Positions 58,341 to 64,000 of a stretch of 64,000 nt of DNA are shown here, in pieces. Origin of the DNA: Bacteroidales bacterium. Its GTDB lineage: Bacteria > Bacteroidota > Bacteroidia > Bacteroidales > VadinHA17. The notes under the pieces are model-generated. The model saw only the letters and a program-made list of their open reading frames with translations. It did no database searches and was not told the DNA's origin. Made by a program: the position numbers and the translations under genes. The DNA lies in the NCBI GenBank assembly GCA_035390825.1, contig DAOOUQ010000003.1:105268-169267 (forward strand), read 5' to 3'. The first letter of the stretch is position 1; every line of letters starts with the position of its first letter.

Positions 58341-59039
58341 ATGAAAATGAAGATCAAAAGAGCAAGCATGAAAATGATAAAAGCCGTGATATTAACAATA
58401 TTGCTATTGTCACAGCGACCGGCATTTTTACATTCACAGACTGCGGTGAAGGATGTTGACGGCAATACCTATTTGTCAATAGTTATCGGCAAACAGACCT
58501 GGATGGCAGAAAACCTTAAAACTACCCGTTTGAACGACGGCACCCCGATCAAGCTCGTCAGCGATGAAAAAACATGGTCGTCTGCGAACTACCCAGCATA
58601 TTGCTTTTATGAAAATGAACCAAAGAACAAAGAAGTCTACGGGATATTATATAACTGGTTCACTGTTGACACAAAAAAACTATGCCCGAAAGGCTGGCAC
58701 GTTCCAAGCGATAATGAATGGAAAGAGCTGACGGATTTCCTGGGCGATATTATCACCGCCGGCGACAAGTTAAAGGAAGCGGGCACAACACACTGGAAGA
58801 ACTATTTCAGCCAGGCCACAAATGAGTTTGATTTTACCGCACTTCCGGCAGGGATGAGGTATAATACAGGCGTTTTTCCTGATTTCGGAAACGACTATGC
58901 TGTGTGGTGGTCCTCAACAAGGGCTAATATCACACTGGCCTGGAATCGCGGATTGCACAACAGCACTAGCAGAATATTCCGGGGGTGCGATGAAATCCAA
59001 AGCGGATTCTCTGTCCGTTGTATTATGGATAAGAAGTAA
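58341..59039 (+). CDS. Fibrobacter succinogenes major paralogous (FISUMP, TIGR02145-type) domain protein, exported
   Basis: 232 aa with DVDGNTYLSIVIGKQTWMAENLKTT, GWHVPSDNEWKEL, AVWWSST and FSVRCI, the hallmark blocks of the FISUMP domain. Confidence 0.8.
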   Translation: MKMKIKRASMKMIKAVILTILLLSQRPAFLHSQTAVKDVDGNTYLSIVIGKQTWMAENLKTTRLNDGTPIKLVSDEKTWSSANYPAYCFYENEPKNKEVYGILYNWFTVDTKKLCPKGWHVPSDNEWKELTDFLGDIITAGDKLKEAGTTHWKNYFSQATNEFDFTALPAGMRYNTGVFPDFGNDYAVWWSSTRANITLAWNRGLHNSTSRIFRGCDEIQSGFSVRCIMDKK

Positions 59040-59065
59040 TATATTAGCATTCCTAATCTTTATCC

Positions 59066-62000
59066 ATGAAGTACTTTTTTTACGGATTATTCTCCCTGAT
59101 CCTGTTATCATGTTCAAAACAGACAAGGTTTGAATATCTCGATCCGGCATCAACAGGTGTGGATTTCAGCAATACAATAACCGAAACTGACAGTTTCAAT
59201 GTAATGACATATGAATACATTTACAATGGGGCTGGCCTTGGTATAGGAGATCTGAATAATGACGGGCTGGCCGACATTGTATTTGCGGGTAACCAGGTTT
59301 CTCCGCGAGCGTATCTTAATCTTGGCAATTTCAAATTCAAGGATATTACTTCAAACTTTAAAGGGCTCACCAACAATCAATGGTTCAGCGGAGTGACGAT
59401 CGTTGATATTAATAACGACAGGCTTGCTGATGTTTACATTACTGCTACAAAAGATTCTCTGCCCGGGAAATGTCTTAACCGTCTCTGGGTAAATACGGGC
59501 ATAAATGAAAAAGGAGAACCGTTTTTCGAGGAAAAGGCTGATGAATACGGCATAGCTTATGATGGCGAATCAGTCCAGTCAGCTTTTTTGGATTATGACC
59601 TCGACGGGGATATTGATCTTTACATTATGAACAATACCCTGAATTCAAGAATGGATGCAGCCTATCGGCCAAAAATATCGGATGGCAGCGCCATGAACAA
59701 TGACAAACTCTTCAGGAACAACGGTGATGGCACATTTACAGATGTCACAGTTCAGGCAGGAATAGTGTATGAAGGATTCGGCCTTGGAGTGGCTGTCGGA
59801 GATGTAAATAAAGACGGATACCCCGATATTTATATATCAAATGACTTTATCTCGAATGACCTTTTGTATATAAATCAGCGCGACGGGACCTTTAAAAATG
59901 AAATAGGAAAATATCTTTCCTATCAGACCAAATCCTCAATGGGTGATGATATGGCCGATGTAAACAACGATGGCTGTCCTGATATACTGACTCTCGACAT
60001 GCTTCCTGAATATTACTATAAAAAGAGGCAAACCATCGCCGGATTCAGTTACATGTTCTATGGCCTGGATGCCAAATTTAATTTTGAACATCAGTATCTC
60101 AGGAATATGCTTCACCTTCATAACGGTTTCATAAACGGTGAGATGCTTCCATACAGTGAGGTCGGCCAGATGATGGGAAACATTTACGACACGGAATGGA
60201 GCTGGTCACCTTTATTTGCTGATTATGACAATGACGGGGATAAAGACCTGATAATAGCCAATGGATATCCAAAGGATCTTACCGACAAAGACTGGACAAG
60301 ATATAAAGTCACAGTATATGGTTACGTTGCAGACGGGGATCATGTGATAAAAATGGCACCTTCTATCAAGGTAAACAATATGGCATTTGAAAATACCGAC
60401 CTGTTTCATTTTAAAAGAAGGTATGACTGGCTTCCCGATATCCCTTCATATTCGTACGGTGCATCATTTGCCGACCTTGACAACGACGGCGATCTTGATT
60501 ATGTGTCAAACAATATAAATGACAAGGCATTTGTACTTAAAAATACAACTGTTGAACGATCAGGTAAAAAGGCCGGATGGATAAGGATTTTACTTAAAGG
60601 TAAAGAAGGAAATACAATGGCGCTTGGTGCAAAGGCCGAAATATGGTGCAATGGCAGGTACCAGTTCAATGAACATTTTCTGAGCCGCGGCTATGCATCC
60701 TCTGTCGATCCGATTGTGCATTTCGGGATCGGGGATGCCAAAATCATTGATTCCATCAGGATCACATGGCCTTCTTCAGGAAATATCTCACTTTTGAGGA
60801 ATATCAAAAGGAACCAGCTGATAGAAATTGATGAAGCCCAATCGGTAAAGCCGGGTAAAGCTTTTACCACGTTGAGAAATGCTGACCTTCTTTTTACAAG
60901 ATGTGACAGCATCATTCCATACAGACATGAACAGGCCGATTTCCCTGATTTTTATCTGGAACAGAATATCATTCCGCATAAATTTTCACAGATAGGCCCG
61001 GTGATGGCAAAAGGCGACCTGAACAATGACGGGAAGGAAGACATTGTCATCGGAGCCACAAACCTTCTCCCAACAACTGTTTTTTTGAGGAAGGGCAACG
61101 GTTTTATCAGTGATTCCATACCCGGTCTTACCGGCCCGAAGAAATTTTCAGAATCGGCAATTGCAATTGTTGATATCGACAATGATGGCGACAATGACGT
61201 GATTGCACTGGCAGGCGGTTATGAGAACAAGGATGAAAGCAGCTATCGGCATTATCTCTACGAAAATCGGAATGGAGCGTTCACCAGAAAAGAGCTTCCT
61301 TTGCCTCCATTTATTGGCTCAGTAATAAAACCGGCTGATTTTGACCATGATGGCGATGTGGACCTGTTTATAGGTTCACGGGTGAAAAAAGGCATGTTCC
61401 CCCATTCCGATCCTTCCTGGCTTCTAATCAATGAGAATGGCAATCTTTCTGCAAAAGATCCGCTGAAATTTGATCTTGGTATGGTAACAGACGCAGTCTG
61501 GAGCGATTATGATAAGGATGGATGGGAAGACCTGCTCGTTACAAGGGAATGGAATTCAATTGCCGTGCTTAAAAATACAGGTAGAAAAGAACTGGTAAAG
61601 ACTGATTTAAAGAGCTTTGACAATTACCACGGATTCTGGTTCTCAATAATAGCAGGAGATTTTGACAATGACGGTGATGACGACTACATCGTTGGAAATC
61701 TCGGGGAAAACAACAGATTCACGATAAGTGACAAATATCCGGTGAGCCTTTACTCAATTGATCTCGATCTTGACGGGGTCATTGATCCTGTATCAACCGC
61801 TTATTGGAAAGACAAGGATGGCAAAATGACTGAGTATCCGATCAATTATCTTGATGAGCTTATTGAACAATCAAATCTTTTCCAGAAACTCTTCAGCGAT
61901 TACAAGTCGTTCAGCTATACCAGCTTCAGACAGATGATTGATGAAGAAATCATGAAACGTCTCGAGTTTAAACTATATGTAAATACACCGTCAAGTTATG

Positions 62001-62359
62001 TCATCTGGAATGATAAAGGTAATATGAAATGGGAAAAGCTTCCACTTCAGATGCAGGTGTCACCTGTTAAGAAGATGATTGTAAAAGACCTCAACGGAGA
62101 TAATTATCCTGACATCATCGCGGGGGGTAATGATTATACCTATGATATTTCCACCGGATACTATGATGCACTGAAAGGCATTGTTCTTCTTTCAGGCGGC
62201 AACCGGTCATTCACAGCTCTCACTCCGTCGCAAAGCGGGCTTTTATTGAATGGCATGGTAGAATCGCTCCTTTACATTGACGGCGATACGCCACTGGTGA
62301 TAGGAGGAATTAACAGGAGAAATGCGGTCGTTTATTCAGTGCGTACGAACTCACCCTGA
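59066..62359 (+). CDS. Giant VCBS/FG-GAP + ASPIC/UnbV lipoprotein (CRTAC1-like), paralog 2
   Basis: 1097 aa with a lipobox (LLSCS). It is co-linear with 54980-58285 along its full length, with well over half the residues identical by eye in the aligned N-terminal 350 aa. Confidence 0.85.
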   Translation: MKYFFYGLFSLILLSCSKQTRFEYLDPASTGVDFSNTITETDSFNVMTYEYIYNGAGLGIGDLNNDGLADIVFAGNQVSPRAYLNLGNFKFKDITSNFKGLTNNQWFSGVTIVDINNDRLADVYITATKDSLPGKCLNRLWVNTGINEKGEPFFEEKADEYGIAYDGESVQSAFLDYDLDGDIDLYIMNNTLNSRMDAAYRPKISDGSAMNNDKLFRNNGDGTFTDVTVQAGIVYEGFGLGVAVGDVNKDGYPDIYISNDFISNDLLYINQRDGTFKNEIGKYLSYQTKSSMGDDMADVNNDGCPDILTLDMLPEYYYKKRQTIAGFSYMFYGLDAKFNFEHQYLRNMLHLHNGFINGEMLPYSEVGQMMGNIYDTEWSWSPLFADYDNDGDKDLIIANGYPKDLTDKDWTRYKVTVYGYVADGDHVIKMAPSIKVNNMAFENTDLFHFKRRYDWLPDIPSYSYGASFADLDNDGDLDYVSNNINDKAFVLKNTTVERSGKKAGWIRILLKGKEGNTMALGAKAEIWCNGRYQFNEHFLSRGYASSVDPIVHFGIGDAKIIDSIRITWPSSGNISLLRNIKRNQLIEIDEAQSVKPGKAFTTLRNADLLFTRCDSIIPYRHEQADFPDFYLEQNIIPHKFSQIGPVMAKGDLNNDGKEDIVIGATNLLPTTVFLRKGNGFISDSIPGLTGPKKFSESAIAIVDIDNDGDNDVIALAGGYENKDESSYRHYLYENRNGAFTRKELPLPPFIGSVIKPADFDHDGDVDLFIGSRVKKGMFPHSDPSWLLINENGNLSAKDPLKFDLGMVTDAVWSDYDKDGWEDLLVTREWNSIAVLKNTGRKELVKTDLKSFDNYHGFWFSIIAGDFDNDGDDDYIVGNLGENNRFTISDKYPVSLYSIDLDLDGVIDPVSTAYWKDKDGKMTEYPINYLDELIEQSNLFQKLFSDYKSFSYTSFRQMIDEEIMKRLEFKLYVNTPSSYVIWNDKGNMKWEKLPLQMQVSPVKKMIVKDLNGDNYPDIIAGGNDYTYDISTGYYDALKGIVLLSGGNRSFTALTPSQSGLLLNGMVESLLYIDGDTPLVIGGINRRNAVVYSVRTNSP

Positions 62360-62865
62360 TGGAACTGAAATTTAACGACTTCCCAGCACGAGGGACAATT
62401 AAAAAGGGGAGTGTCGCGGGTATGTTCAGGAACGTCGGCGGTTATTATCCTGTTTTCGACTGAGATTATCCGCATATCTGATTCGATTGATCCCGCGAGC
62501 TTGTATTTCTTTCCCGATCCCAGAAGAACAAGCTGTTCCGATACTGTCTGATACTGACCCTGAAAGTTGTAAAGAGTTATGATTGCATCAGCTTCGTTAT
62601 CATCATCTATCAGACCCGTACGGATTGTTGACGGATCAAGGATAAGACGCCTGTTTTCATCGCTGAACTCAATTACTCCGTTTCCCAGAGCTTTTTTTTC
62701 AGGATTCTTTAGCTGTCCGGAGATATAGTCTTCTGCAACTTTAATTATCCTGTCTTTTGTTTTCATGTCCAGGCTGCCGGATGATCCTTCTGAGCCGGAC
62801 TTACAGGTTAAAAGAAAGAATGCCAGTGCTCCTGAAAAAAGAAATAAAGGAATGTTTCTGATCAT
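62332..62865 (-). CDS. Hypothetical lipoprotein
   Basis: 177 aa with a lipobox (LLTCKSG) and no recognisable domain. Its 3' end overlaps the convergent VCBS gene by 28 nt. Confidence 0.5.
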   Translation of the reverse strand: MIRNIPLFLFSGALAFFLLTCKSGSEGSSGSLDMKTKDRIIKVAEDYISGQLKNPEKKALGNGVIEFSDENRRLILDPSTIRTGLIDDDNEADAIITLYNFQGQYQTVSEQLVLLGSGKKYKLAGSIESDMRIISVENRIITADVPEHTRDTPLFNCPSCWEVVKFQFHQGEFVRTE

Positions 62866-63113
62866 GACTTTTTAGATGAAAACCAAATATATGATAAAAT
62901 TTCAATCATCCCTTTTTATTTCTGTATCTCCTGCTCTTTAAGAAGGATTTCAGACCTTTAAAGGATTTTGGCGCAAATATGTGCACACGGTGTAGCCTTC
63001 AGAGGGCTTGGGGGGCAATCCGGGCTAAATATGAAAGGTGAGAAAACAATATTCATTACAATAACCCGAAAAAATCCTAACTTTATCGCTCACAAAACCA
63101 ACTGGAAAGTCGA

Positions 63114-64000
63114 ATGATGATGGGGAAAAGATACCTGATGAATACGGTTTTACTGGCAGCCATTCTGTTCTTCTGGGGATGCAGGAAATTTGACGGCAAC
63201 GCGCCTTTGAATGATCGGATACCTATGATAAGTCCTGATTATATTAATGTTACAATACCTCCGAATATTGCACCCATGAATTTCAGGATCACCGAAGAAG
63301 GGAAGTCTTTTATGGTGACGGCAGAGTCGGACGATTTTAAGATTGAAGTAAAGTCTTCTGATGGAACAATAAGGTTTCCGGAAAAGAAATGGAAGAAACT
63401 GATCTCTGGCAGGAGCAATGGTAAAATTACGTTCCGTGTTTATGTAAGTAATGGAAAGGAAGCAATACAATACAGGGAGTTCTTCATGTATGTAACTGAA
63501 GAACCAATTGATCCTTATCTTGCTTACAGGTTAATAAATCCGGGATACTACAGCTGGTCGAACATTAAGATAGTGCAACGTTCTATCGAAAGTTTCGAGG
63601 AAGAACCGCTTTTTGATAACCAGATAATGGATAAAAATTGTGCCAACTGCCATTCATTCAACAGGAACAGTTCGGATCGCTTCCTGCTGCACATAAGGGG
63701 ATCAAAGGGAGGGACATATTTTATTGAAGACGGCAGGATAACCCGTACAGATCCTAAAATTGAATCGATGCCCGGAGGAGCGACCTATCCTTCATGGCAT
63801 CCCGACGGGAGGTTTGTAGCATTTTCTTCAAACCAGGTGCGCCAGAGCTTCTATTCTGTCCCTGACAGGAATGTTGAAGTTTTTGACCTTGTTTCTTCTC
63901 TTGTTGTCTACGACAGGAAGCTTAACGAAGTAATTAATGTTACCGACAGGGATACAACGAAATACCAGCAGACGTTCCCATCCTGGTCACCTGACGGCAG
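63114..64000 (+). CDS. CxxCH-containing lipoprotein with PD40-like repeats (5' part; continues beyond the window end)
   Basis: Absent from the ORF track because it has no stop within the window. The reading frame is open from the ATG at 63114 to the window end: MMMGKRYLMNTVLLAAILFFWGCRKF... (lipobox). It contains NCANCHSF (heme-binding CxxCH), then SWHPDGRFVAFSS and FPSWSPDG (PD40-like). Confidence 0.72.
   Translation, partial: MMMGKRYLMNTVLLAAILFFWGCRKFDGNAPLNDRIPMISPDYINVTIPPNIAPMNFRITEEGKSFMVTAESDDFKIEVKSSDGTIRFPEKKWKKLISGRSNGKITFRVYVSNGKEAIQYREFFMYVTEEPIDPYLAYRLINPGYYSWSNIKIVQRSIESFEEEPLFDNQIMDKNCANCHSFNRNSSDRFLLHIRGSKGGTYFIEDGRITRTDPKIESMPGGATYPSWHPDGRFVAFSSNQVRQSFYSVPDRNVEVFDLVSSLVVYDRKLNEVINVTDRDTTKYQQTFPSWSPDG

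Noticed and set aside
63150-63470. A 106-aa minus-strand ORF, the only track entry in this region.
   Set aside because: It is the shadow of the plus-strand lipoprotein CDS, which stays open to the window end and carries a lipobox, CxxCH and PD40 motifs.

Overview
This is a Bacteroidota-type chromosomal segment, judged from two SusC/SusD pairs, a FISUMP-domain lipoprotein, a TTTG/TAnnTTTG promoter and the lack of Shine-Dalgarno leaders. No rRNA, tRNA, CRISPR array, transposase or integrase was recognised. The left third (1-20.8 kb) is housekeeping: dnaJ (partial), grpE, murA, a DUF4290 gene, a His-rich metal transporter, capA-like, two tandem kup paralogs, cstA, dedA, a DDAH-like gene, an M61 peptidase, a large glycoside hydrolase, an acyltransferase and ogt. 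At 20.9-24.1 kb a TPP riboswitch precedes a TonB-dependent receptor and a PnuC-family transporter, which looks like a thiamine-uptake operon. An enzyme-less SusC/SusD pair follows at 24.3-29.0 kb. The most unusual part is a single-orientation minus-strand block at 49.6 -> 29.1 kb. It begins with an OmpR-type response regulator and a histidine kinase. These are followed by 11 tightly packed genes: three CRTAC1-like FG-GAP/ASPIC proteins, an HzsA-like PD40 lipoprotein with a CxxCH motif, and a tri-heme YVTN-propeller::MauG/CCP fusion. The same block also holds a Reg_prop propeller protein, a YjgF/chorismatase-like protein, a DAHP synthase and two orphan type-I binding proteins. The block ends with a coupled pair: an AsnB-like gene lacking the glutaminase cysteine, and a radical-SAM gene. 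Diverging from the regulator genes is a CAZyme-free PUL-like operon (49.9-62.4 kb): SusC, SusD, a giant VCBS/ASPIC protein, a FISUMP lipoprotein and a second giant VCBS/ASPIC paralog. A further CxxCH lipoprotein runs off the window end. An ACCTGTTTA(A)CC(T)TGAAAT element recurs in three intergenic leaders of this region. I propose the whole 29-64 kb region as one uncharacterised envelope redox/binding system. All family assignments come from reading motifs by eye, not from searches.
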